A stretch of DNA of 64,000 nt from assembly GCF_001194135.2 (NCBI RefSeq), contig NC_069005.1, positions 34,717,570 through 34,781,569 of the forward strand, written 5' to 3'. A model generated the notes under the pieces. It saw only the letters and a list, made by a program, of their open reading frames with translations. It was not told the origin of the DNA and ran no database searches. Within the stretch, counting starts at the first letter, position 1. Each line of letters begins with the position of its first letter. The DNA is from Octopus bimaculoides (taxonomy: Eukaryota). Of this stretch, positions 37,581 through 49,810 are shown piece by piece. A program made the translations under genes and the position numbers.

Positions 37581-40500
37581 AACACTGTTACTATACTTCC
37601 AATGTTTTATCACATTAACCAATCTATATATTAATATGGTCTTACCTACCTACCTACCTTTTTACTTAAGGCTAAAAAGAAGTGGATATAACAAAGTTTC
37701 TTATGTCATTGTGTTTTTAGTTATCTGAATTTCTTATCCCACCACCTCTTGCTCCCTCTCTCTCCTCTCTCTCCCTTTCTCTCTCTCTCCCCTTCTCTCT
37801 CTCTTTCTCTCTCTCGCTGTGTTTGTTTGAAAAGTTTTTGAATTGTACCTAAGCAAATAAAATAATTATTTCACTACAAGAACCAAAAAATGCTAATGTC
37901 TTCTGTTAATATATGTATATATTCATGTATGTCAGTATGCATAAATGTATATGTGTTGTGTGTGTATAAATATAAATACTTATATATCAAGGCTAAACAG
38001 GAGTCAGGGAGGGGGTGTTTAACAACACACTCATGTCAAGTATATTGGTAAACAGTCTATGGCAATTGTTGTGATGATAATAATATGAATAAATTAAATA
38101 AAGTATGGTATTTCTATTTGTTTAGTCTTTTACCAGTTTTTTGATTGTGACCATGCTGGAGCACTTCCTTCAAGGATTTAGCCAAGCATATTGACCTCAG
38201 TAATTAACTTTGTTGGATACTTATTTTATCAATGTGTATTTGTCAAATTACAATGTTACGGGACAATATCACAGGCCTTAAGCAACATAAATACACACAC
38301 ACACACACACACACTCATAAATGCACACTCACAGATTTATATAAATACACACACACTCATAAATGCACACTCACAGATTTATATGAATACACGCACAAAC
38401 AATTATTTCCTATACAGTTTCTGTGTATCAAATTTCAGTCACAACAATTTTCAACTTGAGCCTCAAGTAGAAAACTTTTTGCCCAAGGTGCTACACAGTG
38501 GGACTGAACCAAGAATCACATGGACACAAAGCAAACTTTTAAATCATACAGCCATGCTTGTGTCTATATCACAAGTATGTTTTTTTCTTTATTTTAAGAA
38601 TCCACAGTTCAGTGAATTCTTAAATTCTTTACTTCATTCAATAAGACTGTGGGTTCAAGTCTAACCTAATGAACTAATGTGAAAATAAGGATGGAAGCTA
38701 TCAGAATTAAGATTTGCCAAAGCTTTACCATCATAGTTGTTCAGCAGCAAAACAGATTATGTCTTTGATGTGTTTTCATTGTTAAGACTGTTTATTTCTA
38801 GAAGTAAAGTGGAAAATGATAGATAGCAACTATCACGGTAGTGTATAACAAGGAACATAGCTCCTAACAATACTACTACTACCTAGGTGGACTTGTACAC
38901 CATCGGAATAATGAAATGGTGCAAACAAAATACAATTTCAAGAGAAATTATTTCACAGCTCTCGATAAACTTTCAACCACTTTTCAAAATAACCATAGAA
39001 TTTCCATGCATACTGCTGCTAGCAGGTAGTAAAATGACAACAGAAAATTAATTCTACAATTCTTTCATATTATAGGTTGGCAGTGACTGGTGCAATGCCA
39101 GCTAGCAACTAAAGGAGATTTCTTCTTTGTCAATGTAACAAAACTAGATTATACTCCAAACAGAGTTGGTCTCCTATTCATGCAAATGGCTCCTATTTAG
39201 GCACTTCAAGTTTACCAAGTTTGGGAAACACAGACAGCTTTCACTTCCAATTGCTTCTAGTGACAGATTTATTTAAACTAAGTCAGTTTACTGTTGGTAT
39301 TACTTTAAAAGTAGCAGTGATAAAAGGTATGATGTGCAGTGACTGTGATTGGAGGTAAGAAAGGCTTGTTTTTTATAATAATTTTCATAATAACTGGTAT
39401 TGTATTGGTGAAAAGAAGGAGTTATAAGCTAATTTAAACTGAATTGATAAGGTTTGTTAACAATGTTTGTTTTCAGATGACAAGTAGATCCTTTTTGTTT
39501 GCATGTTTACTTTTCAGATAAAGTATGTTCAGTTGGTATGATCAAATAGTCCAGCCCTAACAATAAAACGACATGTAAGACAATTAAGTAGACATTATAC
39601 GACTGAAACTAAGTGGGAATATGTCTGCAGTGGGGCTTCACTAACTCCAGCAGCAGGGAAGGGTATGTGAAATCACAGGGTGTGTGTGATGTGTGTGTGC
39701 TCTTGTCAAATGAGGACATAAACCCAACAAAACTACGTGACATTCACCATATACACCAAAATACAATAATGAGGGTAATTTCAGAGACTGTAACACAATC
39801 TTCAAACTCATGTGGTAGGATTCTATGGGACATTTTGCTATCATGCAAGTCAATGCAGTCTGAACAGGTTGTGCAGTTGAGTATCTCAGAGGTGTGTATC
39901 ACAATCGAGGCTGAAATTGTTGTGTGAAGTGTGTGGTACAAGTAAAACAAAGAAGCTATCCACAGTTTCTATCTCCAACAAAAAGAGAAAGCTAACAATG
40001 TTTGTTGTTATTTTGGTTGAATAATATAGTCCGTTGCGTTTTTTATATTGTGTCACCTGGTGTATTTGGGTTGCCTTCACTGCAGCTTGAAGAGTTAGTA
40101 TTTCCTCCATTTCTAATATGGCTGCTGGCCACTCTTTCAGTTGCCATGCACTTTACAAAATGGCCAGAGTATATTTTATTGAGACCTCTAGAAAGTCAAC
40201 TCTAACCTGCATCAAACAACTAAATATTCCAGACAGATCACCCTGAATCTCAAGAGGAACAACAAACCAAACTAGAAGCTTCTTCTGCTGAGTAAATGTT
40301 TGGCTGACAGTTTAGCAAGAATCAAAACTACTTTAAGCAGATTTTTGTAGAAACACACCACTTCAGTTGCTAAGCTGTAAATCCAACCAACTTTTTCTAT
40401 TCATTTAGCTCCTGTCAATAATGACAGGTTCCTCTTGAAATTGTCAAATATATACAAACTTCCTATGAGACTACACAGACTTTTACCACACAAGTCAACA

Positions 40501-40609
40501 GAAAATTCTGAAGACATAAAATCTTTCATTTCAATCTATAAATCTACAGAACCCAACCAAAGCAAACAACAATGTTAGCAATCTAATAAGTAAACAAACA
40601 TACCTTCAT
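16201..40609 (-). CDS. SPATA22: Spermatogenesis-associated protein 22 (meiotic OB-fold partner of MEIOB), complement join(40604..40609,36899..36992,34255..34452,31233..31458,29955..30138,28999..29158,25254..25354,22159..22199,16201..16348), 385 aa
   Basis: Nine GT-AG exons with consistent phases give 1158 nt with no internal stop. The N-terminal VPPAPFFNSRKRLRQAVVADP resembles the PVPLFNQKKRNRQPL motif I recall from vertebrate SPATA22. The C-terminal ICEVYGVLDSAV...QFLLRD...ECVFYEIDRMLPRLIRGHWLRCVGMID...HCISIRPAT matches the recalled SPATA22 OB-fold (EVLAVLDSAV...FLMRD...CVFYEIDRELPRLIRGRVHRCVG...CVSVRPA). Confidence 0.9.
18805..18975 (+). mobile_element. Second SINE family, degenerate
   Basis: ggtggcagaaatgttagc...ttcaaattcc...aagtaccagtcaagcactggggtcaatgtaattgac. 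Confidence 0.55.
20495..20870 (-). mobile_element. tRNA/CORE-like composite SINE
   Basis: Same layout as the 10400 copy, including gaagacacttgcccaaggtgcc and gggactgaaccc. Confidence 0.7.
22159..22199 (-). CDS. SPATA22: SPATA22 exon (DRMLPRLIRGHWL-R), 41 nt
   Basis: Acceptor ctaaatttccag|; donor AG|gtaagt; DRxLPRLIRG motif. Confidence 0.93.
24770..24865 (+). repeat. (CAC)n/(CAT)n trinucleotide array
   Basis: Direct reading. Confidence 0.9.
25254..25354 (-). CDS. SPATA22: SPATA22 exon (VLDSAVLPDRNLSGRQFLLRDNSDSIECVFYEI), 101 nt
   Basis: Acceptor ctttattgtag|; donor ATT|gtaagt; diagnostic VLDSAV and CVFYEI motifs. Confidence 0.93.
25599..25821. mobile_element. Non-autonomous DNA element (MITE) with TTAACCCTTTAGCATT-type termini, piggyBac-like
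   Basis: Right end aaatgctaaagggttaa and degenerate left end tgaaccgtttagctttcag; reverse-complement homologue at 53807-54028. Confidence 0.55.
27030..27225 (-). mobile_element. Second SINE family, well preserved
   Basis: ctggtacttatttaatcgactcccc aaaaggatgaaaggcaaagtcgacctc...atttgaactcagaac...ctgccagctcaccacc. Confidence 0.7.
28999..29158 (-). CDS. SPATA22: SPATA22 exon (VNVSGVATT...KFHIICEVY-G), 160 nt
   Basis: Acceptor ttgttcttcag|; donor G|gtaagt; leads into the OB-fold. Confidence 0.9.
29660..29890 (+). mobile_element. Chimeric SINE: CORE-like head joined to the gcctttcatcctttc...gataaattaagtaccag domain
   Basis: Head gcagacatggctgtgttgtaagac...caccttgggtaggtgtc, then gtcgactttgcctttcatcc-type domain. 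Confidence 0.6.
29955..30138 (-). CDS. SPATA22: SPATA22 exon (R-SSYNWSFSAQ...QTNTLSK), 184 nt
   Basis: Acceptor ttttctctttgtag|; weaker donor AAG|gtctga; phase 2-0; the only open frame. Confidence 0.72.
31233..31458 (-). CDS. SPATA22: SPATA22 exon (S-IERNIPGSK...QQNNNNNNN...APPPPQPP...DCSST), 226 nt
   Basis: Acceptor catattgcag|; donor AG|gtattg; phase 1-2, which bridges the flanking exons exactly. Confidence 0.75.
31680..32190 (+). mobile_element. Unclassified, apparently young interspersed element ending in an (AAT)n tail
   Basis: About 500-bp block richer in GC/CpG than its flanks, ending in a simple-repeat tail like a non-LTR retroelement 3' end. Family not established. Confidence 0.4.
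32190..32402 (-). mobile_element. Second SINE family
   Basis: ggcacaaggcctaaaattttgg...ctggtacttaatttatcgac...ctgccagttcgctgcct. Confidence 0.7.
34255..34452 (-). CDS. SPATA22: SPATA22 exon (D-DSWLETFAGGRSDLMNNNE...TSYSKP), 198 nt
   Basis: Acceptor ctcttttgttgtag|; donor A|gtattt; phase 1-1; open frame overlapping ORF-track 34139..34411. Confidence 0.75.
36215..36385 (-). mobile_element. Degenerate tRNA/CORE-like SINE
   Basis: gggcttctttcagtgtccatccaccaaattcactcataaggctttgg...gcccaaggtgc. Confidence 0.55.
36899..36992 (-). CDS. SPATA22: SPATA22 exon (SAKVPPAPFFNSRKRLRQAVVADPNENFQDE), 94 nt
   Basis: Acceptor ttatttctcag|; donor G|gtacat; conserved N-terminal motif. Confidence 0.88.
39613..40330 (+). 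mobile_element. Decayed hAT (Buster/Charlie-like) transposase 5' fragment
   Basis: ORF 39613 contains GFT...CDVC.LLSNE.INPTKL.DIH, resembling the GFT...CxxC..LSNE.MKPxKL.RH BED-finger motif. Downstream fragments WPEYILLR and LEAS.../LARIK resemble the next conserved blocks, with stops and frameshifts. Confidence 0.55.
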
Positions 40610-40626
40610 GGTGGCAGATCCAATAA
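40604..40626 (-). CDS. SPATA22: SPATA22 start micro-exon (23 nt: 17 nt 5'UTR + ATG AAG = MK)
   Basis: Minus strand reads ttttctcttctcaacag|TTATTGGATCTGCCACC ATG AAG|gtatgt: strong acceptor, GCCACCATG Kozak context and a phase-0 donor matching the next exon. Confidence 0.75.
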
Positions 40627-41680
40627 CTGTTGAGAAGAGAAAAAAATATAACTTTGAGTAACAAATATACTTTAGATTTTTACAACAATTATATTTTAAA
40701 AAGCTTTCTAATATCTCTTTCATACTTCTTTTTCATTCTATAATTGCTCAGTACTAGTTTATATAACAAACTTCACCATTTCATCTCTAATAATACAAAA
40801 GGAATAAATAGTTTGAACTCAATCTTTTCTCAATGATATTGATACTTGAGGTTAATTTGGAATACAGATTATCAATAATATTTTTTATTTAATTTATGAA
40901 ACTTTTTGTGTTTGATGTATTTGTAAAGTAAATTACAAATCTATCTCCATTAGATATAGTTCAATCCATATATTGAGTGGGTATTTTGTCTGCAAACATT
41001 GAAGATTCTAACATTTGGGTGACTGATGAATCTAAATTTAATTATATACACAATATTACTTACATCCACTTCTTTTAAAGTGCCTTTCCAAAGAATATTC
41101 GTAGTTTCAGTGAAGTAAACTAGCTTCCCGTGAGAGTTGAAACCTTGTCTCAGATAGACACACCTGTGCATATTTATTATATATATATATATACACACAC
41201 ACACATGATTTAATGACATACACACACATAGCATTATAAAATTAATGTATTTCTCTCCTTTTACAGAAATCCCCACAATAAGGTACTTAAATGAAATGCA
41301 TCTGTCTGTCTGTCTGTCTGTCTGTCTACCTATCTGTATGGACAGACAGACAGACAGGCAGGCAGGCAGGCAGGCAGGCAGATAAATGTTAACGCCAAAG
41401 ATAATTCAGGAAATGCATAAATCACAGTAAAGTAAAATGACATTTTATGATAGATCAGATATATTAATATAGAAGAGAAAGTCTTATGTTGAGAATATCA
41501 ATGATTAGAGACTGGAATAAACAATAATCCACATCCAAGGAAGGTTGAAAGCAACAAAGAAAATATCTTTCTCCATAACATCTGTATTAAGGATTGTTTC
41601 TGCCTTCTTGTCTAAGTTGCAGTAATTGAAAAGAGAGAGAGAGAGAGAGCCAAAAATGATGATATAATAGTAATAGTAAC

Positions 41681-41726
<46 letters not shown>

Positions 41727-42814
41727 TGAAAAAGTGAAAAAAAAGCAAAAAAACAATTGAGCTTTATTTTTGCCTGAGAAATTCAGAGAATGCAGACTAC
41801 GACAATTTCAAATAAAAGAAAATAATAATAATAATAGATGTAAATGAACATAAAATAAATACAATGAGTTGTCACAATATATTATTGTAGCTTTGTACGA
41901 TGGCATTGTTGTTGTCATTATTATTATTAAAATGAACTATATTTTTTTAATGTTCCAAAGAAAATGATAAGTAAAGGAGAAAACATGAAAAAGCAACCAA
42001 CCTGCCGACACACCGACCAATGGCTGTCATGTTGGCATGGTTTCTACTTGATAAGTTGATTAGATTCCAAGAATAACAGAAGACAAGCCAACGTCAATAA
42101 ACTGTCGCTACTGATATTGTTTGTTCAGAACTGATCACATCAATTTTCTATCAATATTTTTCTGATTGAACCCAGAAGCATTGTGTTTGCAAGCACAACC
42201 TACTTATAAATGTTTACCTTATTAATAAATCACAGTAGATATATTTTAAGCAGGTAAAATATTCCCAACAAAGATCTGGGAAGCAAAATGTTTAAAACAA
42301 ACTTTGAGATAAACTCAGATGTGGAATTAAAATACATTTGAAAACAAAACAAAAAAAACAGGTTCATGCAAAATGAAAGATGGAATTATCTGCAGAGGAA
42401 GTGACCAAAAGTGTTGGGGGGAATATTGGAATTAAAGGCAGCACCAAGAACAGGGAAAACAATGATTCACTGATGTTTGGAATAAGACTGAAACATGCTC
42501 AGAGTTGTCTCTGGTTTTGCTGCAAAACTGAAAGCATTAGCCATTGATTGATATCATATTTTTTTCTCTCACTAATTTAGCTAATTAGGTAAATATGGGA
42601 TCCCAAAATAAAATCATCGAAGTCAGTTACTCACTTCACATTAATTAAATAAAAAAGAAAACTAAACTAGGATCCTTTATGGAGAGGAGTTAACAACTCA
42701 TGTACTGAATGTAAACTAACAGATTTACCCCTTCAGCAAATCTCTTCTACTATGGCCCTGAGATGACCAAAACCTCGAGTGGATTTGGTACACAGAAACT
42801 GAAAGAAACCGGTC

Positions 42815-42859
<45 letters not shown>

Positions 42860-43761
42860 TAAATGCATTTTTCTGTGTCTCCTACCACCACTTGACAACT
42901 GGTGTTGATTTGCTTATGCCTCCATAACTCATCAAAAAGAGAGTGATAGAATAAGCAAGATAGTCATCACAATATACCACAACACATTACGAGAGCAATC
43001 TCTACTTGCCTAAACACACGAAAGAATATCAACAACAATCACAAGGCTTTAAAAGCCATTATTATTAAGACATCAGGTGGTACAGCTGGCTTAGTAATAG
43101 ATTCTACTGATGCCAGCTGAATCTAGTTTAGAGTAGTATTTGTTCTAACACACCGTTTCCAACACTGGCTTTTTTTTTCTTCAATACATACACCAGTTTT
43201 GTTGCTGTCAATTGTATATAAAACACATTATTCCTACAGGATGCATTCAATGAATGAGCAGAATAAATTCAAACAAACACATTGTAACAAATAAGTTATT
43301 CAACAAGACTAATTATAAATCAAATTCTATGTCAGTCTATTTTGTTTCCATTAGTTATAATTTTTACATCTTCCTCTTCATCATTATAGTCAAATTTACT
43401 CCCAACTGCTATTATTAGTTTTGTATTTATGTATAATTATTTTTAAATACATTTTTATATTATAGCATAGACATTTTTATAGATTATGTATGCAAGCCAC
43501 AAAACTTTATTGCTTTGGCGTAGATCTCAATATTGAACATTGAAAACCCAGCAAGGGTTATTTGTGAATTATGACCAGCTTCTACGTGTTTCAAGCAACA
43601 AAATTCTATTTATAAGGTATTGGTCGATCCTAGGCCCCCAAGGCTATTGTAGGAAACACAAGCTCAGAGTGTCATATGGTAGGAGTGAACAGAGAATAAC
43701 ATGACTGCAAAGAGCATTTCTTAACCACACAACAATGCCTGCATCATGTGTGTGTATGTAT

Positions 43762-43809
43762 CTGGTAGGTGGATAGGTAGGTAGATAGGTAGGTAGACAG
43801 ATATATAGG

Positions 43810-43868
<59 letters not shown>

Positions 43869-43869
43869 G

Positions 43870-43920
<51 letters not shown>

Positions 43921-43994
43921 GTAGACAGATAGGTAGATAGATAGATAGATAGATAGATAGGTAAGTAAATGGATAGGTAGGTAGGTAGGTAGAT
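43762..43994 (+). repeat. (GATA/GGTA)n tetranucleotide microsatellite
   Basis: Direct reading; runs into a gap. A similar array lies at about 17432-17530. Confidence 0.95.
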
Positions 43995-44158
43995 NNNNNN
44001 NNNNNNNNNNNNNNNNNNNNNNNNNNNNNNNNNNNNNNNNNNNNNNNNNNNNNNNNNNNNNNNNNNNNNNNNNNNNNNNNNNNNNNNNNNNNNNNNNNNN
44101 NNNNNNNNNNNNNNNNNNNNNNNNNNNNNNNNNNNNNNNNNNNNNNNNNNNNNNNNNN

Positions 44159-44205
<47 letters not shown>

Positions 44206-45166
44206 CAGAGTATTTAAAAAAAAAAAGCATTATCTAATTTTAATCTCTTAATTGTTAAATAAATACAGAACCTTTCATAAATATTTCTTTTGTTAAACCT
44301 GTACAGCTTCAGCAATTACTGTTGCTATGGAAATACTCTAAGTATTTATAAACATCTTTATTTCATCCTGTTTTCACTGAAGAAATCATTGTATCAGATT
44401 TATAAATATAACTGAATCGTATAAATATTTCTGGAGAATTTGTATTGGTAGCTGTCTAGACACACACATGCACGCATAGAAATAAATGTATGTATGTATG
44501 TATGTATGTACGTACATATATGCCTGCATACACAAAAAGGATTCTTTTATAGGGAGCCAAAAGAAGATTCTAGAAAACTGAATCACGTGATGGCTTGGTG
44601 CTGATTGTTTGCTTAATAGACAGATCTTGTGGAACTTGGGGTTTGCTTGTGATATCTGACCATATATTCAGAGATTTGGTTATGAATCCCTGCTACAACT
44701 TTGCACATGGTTAGGATTGCAGTTCATTGAATATAACATTGTGGTCAATCTGCAGCCATATGGGATATGATGGACAGTTGACATTAAAATAACATTAACA
44801 GAAATCTAAATAAACAATATCAATAGCTCAACATTTTAAAGATAAACACAGTCTACTGAGACCTTAAGTGTTTTGATTGTAAGATTAAAAGTAGACAATT
44901 TCAAACAGTTACCACTTAAAAACATTTAAGCCATTAAACAGGTCATTGAAAATGTTTTAATTAAAAGATCCAAGAAAAAAAAAATAGAAAAAAAATTGAA
45001 AATTCTAAAATGGAATCAATACAATAAAATGTTAAGTTTGCAAATAAGAAATTGAAATAAAAATAGCATTTTCTTAATGAGAAACAATTAAAGATAACAG
45101 CAAAATAAAGAATAAGCGTTTAGCGGTAACTGTCTGGTAAATTACTGATAGACTTTGTTTGGGTGA

Positions 45167-45203
<37 letters not shown>

Positions 45204-46429
45204 TGCACGCAAACTCAAGCACACACTGACAGAAAAATCAGACCAACGACCATGCAGACAGACTGTTGTATTTTCTCTCATAGTTTATCATTGCTGTCTT
45301 ATTGTTTTGGGTCAAGAATATCAAAGAGATGCCACTAGAACAATGTCGGTAGATAATCACTAATCTACATAAAAACATAATACTTTAGTACTAATGACTG
45401 TTAATTATTGCTAGTTGTAAACTATAGATAGAAAATACAGGGAAGATCTACTGGTGATGTAAATAATGAGATGCAGCTTCCTACAAACTGTATAATGGAA
45501 AGATGTCTAGAAAACTAGTTGTGATGTGGTGGTGTTCAATCAGATTTAGCTTCCAGAAAACCCAAAGTGCACATAAATATAGGGGTTTAGCTGCATTCAG
45601 GGTTAATTCAATGAGATATAACTGCCTCCAGTGATTACATTAGTTTATCAAACCTATTAGAGAACCTCTCCATGGGTGCTCACCCTGCTAGAAACAACTA
45701 CTTTTAGTGCCAGTCTCAATCAATCCATTGTTTTATATCTTTGTATTTGACATTTTGACTCCTGAGAAAGCAGATTATTATTATTATTATTATTATTCAA
45801 AAGAGTGGTCAGTGCTATATCTGATCATCTAAGAGAATCCCCAATTTCATTCCTTTTGGACATTAAAGCTGCCATGCAATGTTCAAAAGCTGACATTGAA
45901 AGAAAGTCTACACTCTTACAATTACCTGAGTTTTATCTATTCTTAGTGAAAAAATAAACTGCAAAGCAACCTCAGAAAAGAGAGAAGCCATATTCAGTAG
46001 TTATCGTTTCATTCCCAAACAGTCACAGAGAAAGACACACTACAACATCTGGATTGTAAAAGAGATTTTGAACATTGGTGCAATATTAAATGAAAATTAA
46101 CATTTCAAGGAGTAGAATCCTATTAGTCTCCAGATTAATTAAATATGGAACTGTCTTTTTATTATGTAGTTATCTAATTTGTCATTTAACTATTTTATTT
46201 GACAATCAGCCATGTATTAGCCATGGGCATGTCTAATATACCATGTGACCACCTATTAACACTGGCTGCACTTTAACTGCTCTGGCAACATCCATTCTTC
46301 CACCTTTACAAAGAATGATGGTTATCAACATCATCATCATCATCAATTATGGTTAATAAACTTAGCAGATAAAATCAAATGAAAAAGTTATCCACACAAA
46401 AAGGAGGGGGAATTTGTTTATGATGGAGA

Positions 46430-46800
46430 AAGGGTGTGTTTTGTGGGGGAGGAGGAGGAGACGGTACATTTGCAGAAGTAGGAGATATGTATATGTGGAA
46501 GGAGGAGGTAAGTTTGAAAGGTGCAAGGAAGTATGTGAAGTGGAGGGGGAGTATTTATGTGGGAGAAGGTATGTTTGTAGATGTAAGAGATATGTTTATG
46601 CAGATGGCTGGGTGTGTTTATGTGTAGGAGGAGGAGGAGCCATGTTTATGTGGAAGAAGAGACATGTTTATGTAGGGGAGGAGCCATGTATGTGTGGGGA
46701 GGAGGAGGAGATATATCTATGAGGAGTAGATACATACAGGTTTATGTGGTGCATATGTGGTGTGTGTGTGTGTGTGAGAAGTAATTATGTTTATGAAGAG
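46430..46800 (+). repeat. Degenerate purine-rich minisatellite (ATGTTTATGT-GGAGGAGGAG-type units)
   Basis: Recurrent atgt(t/a)tatgt(g/a)g plus ggaggagg blocks about every 30-40 nt. Confidence 0.6.
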
Positions 46801-47781
46801 GTGTGTGTGTGTGTGCGCACATGTGCACACTAGAAATATGTCCGAGAAAGGTATTTGGAACAGAGGTGGTGTTGCATTTGCACATGTCATCTCTCTGTGT
46901 CTCAGTCTGCACATGGAAAGGTTGTGTGCATGTTGTATGTTTGACTGCAATTTCCTAAATTATCTGTTATAAGTTACTAATGACCCTCTGGTATTACTGG
47001 TAGAGCCTACAGAGATGAAACATCATGCTAGCCCTTGCCATATTCGAACCAGACTGTGCAAGACTTTTACAAATGATTGGACTAAAGTGTACCTGATAAT
47101 AATTACGGTTGTTTCCTTGATACAAAGGGTCAGTAAGTGTAGTAGGCACATTAAGGACATAGTCACTTTGGTGACAGTTGAAGCAGGTAGTGGTCACCCT
47201 TTCATGAATACTAGGGGCTGAGATAGATTGGGTCAGGACTTAACACTCACTCCTGAAGCTTTATGCAGGTGAGAGAGAGAACTTTCTCTCCTCTTCCCAG
47301 ATAGGGCACCAATCTACCAAAGATACATATCACAATGTACCAACCCCAACATCATTACTGCACCACTGTTGCTAATCAGTCTACTAATGTTTTTGTAATA
47401 TAGTTGACCTTGGGCCAAGAAGCAACACTTTATCACTGAAGGGTTAGTACCAACAGCATACTAAGTAGCCAGCTTTCTTATCTTCACCACTTGATTCTTC
47501 TAAATAACTCAATGATTGCAAGTAATTTCAGCTTTATTATTGAAGCTTCACAGATATCTGCTTCTCAACCTTTTCTCACTTCTGTATGCATGCGTATGTA
47601 TGTGTTTATAGGTCTATATATATGCTTGCATAAGTGTTTACATATGTTTGTAACTGTGTATGTGCACACATGAGTATCTTTGTGAATTTACATCAGGTAT
47701 ATATGGCTTAGTTTACACATACATATACAATGCTAGATAGTCAATTATATGTACATAAATATATTACACATACACACACAC

Positions 47782-47835
<54 letters not shown>

Positions 47836-49444
47836 AGAGAGAGATGAGAGAAAGACACAGTGCCACAGTGCCACACAAATACACAAGTTGAGTTTTAATA
47901 TATTCAGCTCCATGATCAGACTAACTATTAAAATATTTAGTAAAGACTGCAAGAGGGTGGGAATAATCAGCTGTTATATAGAACACCTCTCAAATTCAAT
48001 ACCCTAAAAGTGCCTGTCACATTGGTCTTCATGTGATTTAATTCTAAAACTGAGGTCTTCTATTTTTCTTCTTCAACAGAAAGTAAATACAAATTTTTAG
48101 CCACTACCACCACTAATATTACTACTGCCGCTGCTACTACTACTGTTGCTGCTACTACTACTGCTGAAGATGGACAGTACATTGTCTGAGAGTGCAGGTG
48201 TGTATATATGAATAATAATTAATTTATAAATGTATGCAGGTGACTGTGTGTGTGGATGTATGTATACATCCTATAAAGCCATGAGATGGATTTAAATATA
48301 TTCACACACATTCCTATATACTATATGTGTGTATGTAACTACATACATTAACATATACGTGTGTGTGTGTGTGTATGCGTATTTATAAACATGAAATGTA
48401 GGAAGATGTAAGCAGACCTGAGAGAATGCTGGGAAACAGATAACATTAAATGTCTATATACAAACAGTAAATTGAGATAATACACACATGTATAAACAAC
48501 AACAATTAAAAAAAAAAACCAAGTAAGAAAAATCTAGAAGATTAATTGGTAAATGTAAGAAGAGAATAAAGAAAGAAAGCAAGAAAAGTGGTGGAAGGTT
48601 GTAGCGTGTCAGGAGAGATATAAGTTACAGCAAAGTGCAAAAATGAATTACAAAATGGACTTTGAAAACGTAAAATAAAGGTGGTTTATTCGGTCTTGAA
48701 ACATAAAGATGGGAAGACAACATCAAAGGAGGGACTGATGGATCTCATTTCCTATAGAAACACTTATGGTCAGAGAGAGAGAGAGACTTCACATGAAAAC
48801 ACACACACATGTTGAATAAACAAAGTAAATAAATATAAATTCAAAAAATGGTTTGGTTTTGAAGGATGAAATATATATAAGTTTGTAATATTTTAAATAA
48901 TTGTCTACTGGTGCATACTGAAATGGCATATATGCGGATCTGAGTACACACACACACACATGATAATTCATACAAATACATATACACACTAATGCTCAAA
49001 GAGACATAAATAGACATAAAACCACTAAAAAAAAATAAAATAAAACACGCACACAGACGCGTGCGTGCACACACATAACTGCAACATTCCAGTGTGTGAT
49101 CAATGTCAATTGAAACAAATGAGTTTTTCCCAAGTTGTGGAATCAAGCAAGATCAGTGTGAAATAATGAACTTGTCAACTGTTCTGACCTTTGTTCTTTG
49201 CGTTTACCTTGAAACTGTGGTCCACTGGCCTCTTACCTTGTCTACACCAGTCAGTGTAGGCGGAACCACACAACAAGAAATATTTCCATTGTTTTACAAA
49301 ACAGCATAAGGATTATATCAGGCAGTTGTAGTGGTGGAAGCACTCAATAACAGTGCAGTGCCATGCTAAGGCTGATGTTCTTTATTAGTCTTCTAATTGG
49401 GGAGAAAATACTAAATATCAGTAACAGTTTAGTCCAATCATAAC

Positions 49445-49810
49445 ACAGGCATGGAATTGTGGTTAAGAAGTTTGCTTCCCAACCATAGTACCTTGGGCAA
49501 ATGTCTACCACTATATTGCCCTGGGTCAACCAAAGCCTTGTGAGTGGGTTTGATAGATGGAAACTGAAACAAACTCAGTGTTTGTGTGCTTGCACACACA
49601 TGTATGTGTGTGTCTCTTTTTCTCTGTATTTGTCCCCCACTGCTGCTTGACAATTGGTGTAAGTGTATTTATGGCCCCATAACTTAGTGGTTTGACAAAA
49701 GATACCAATAGAATAAATAATGACTTTAAAAAAAAAAGTGCTGGTGCTGACTAAAAATTCTACAAGGTGGTGCTCCAGCAAGTCTAATGACTGAAACAAG
49801 TAAAAGATAA
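49445..49810 (+). mobile_element. tRNA/CORE-like composite SINE
   Basis: ggcatggaattgtggttaagaagtttgcttcccaacc...ccttgggcaaatgtctac...gactgaaacaagtaaaag. Confidence 0.65.

Noticed and set aside
49231-49400. Minus-strand donor AAG|gtaaga as a possible SPATA22 5'UTR exon
   Set aside because: The acceptor is ambiguous and such hexamers are common by chance in AT-rich DNA.
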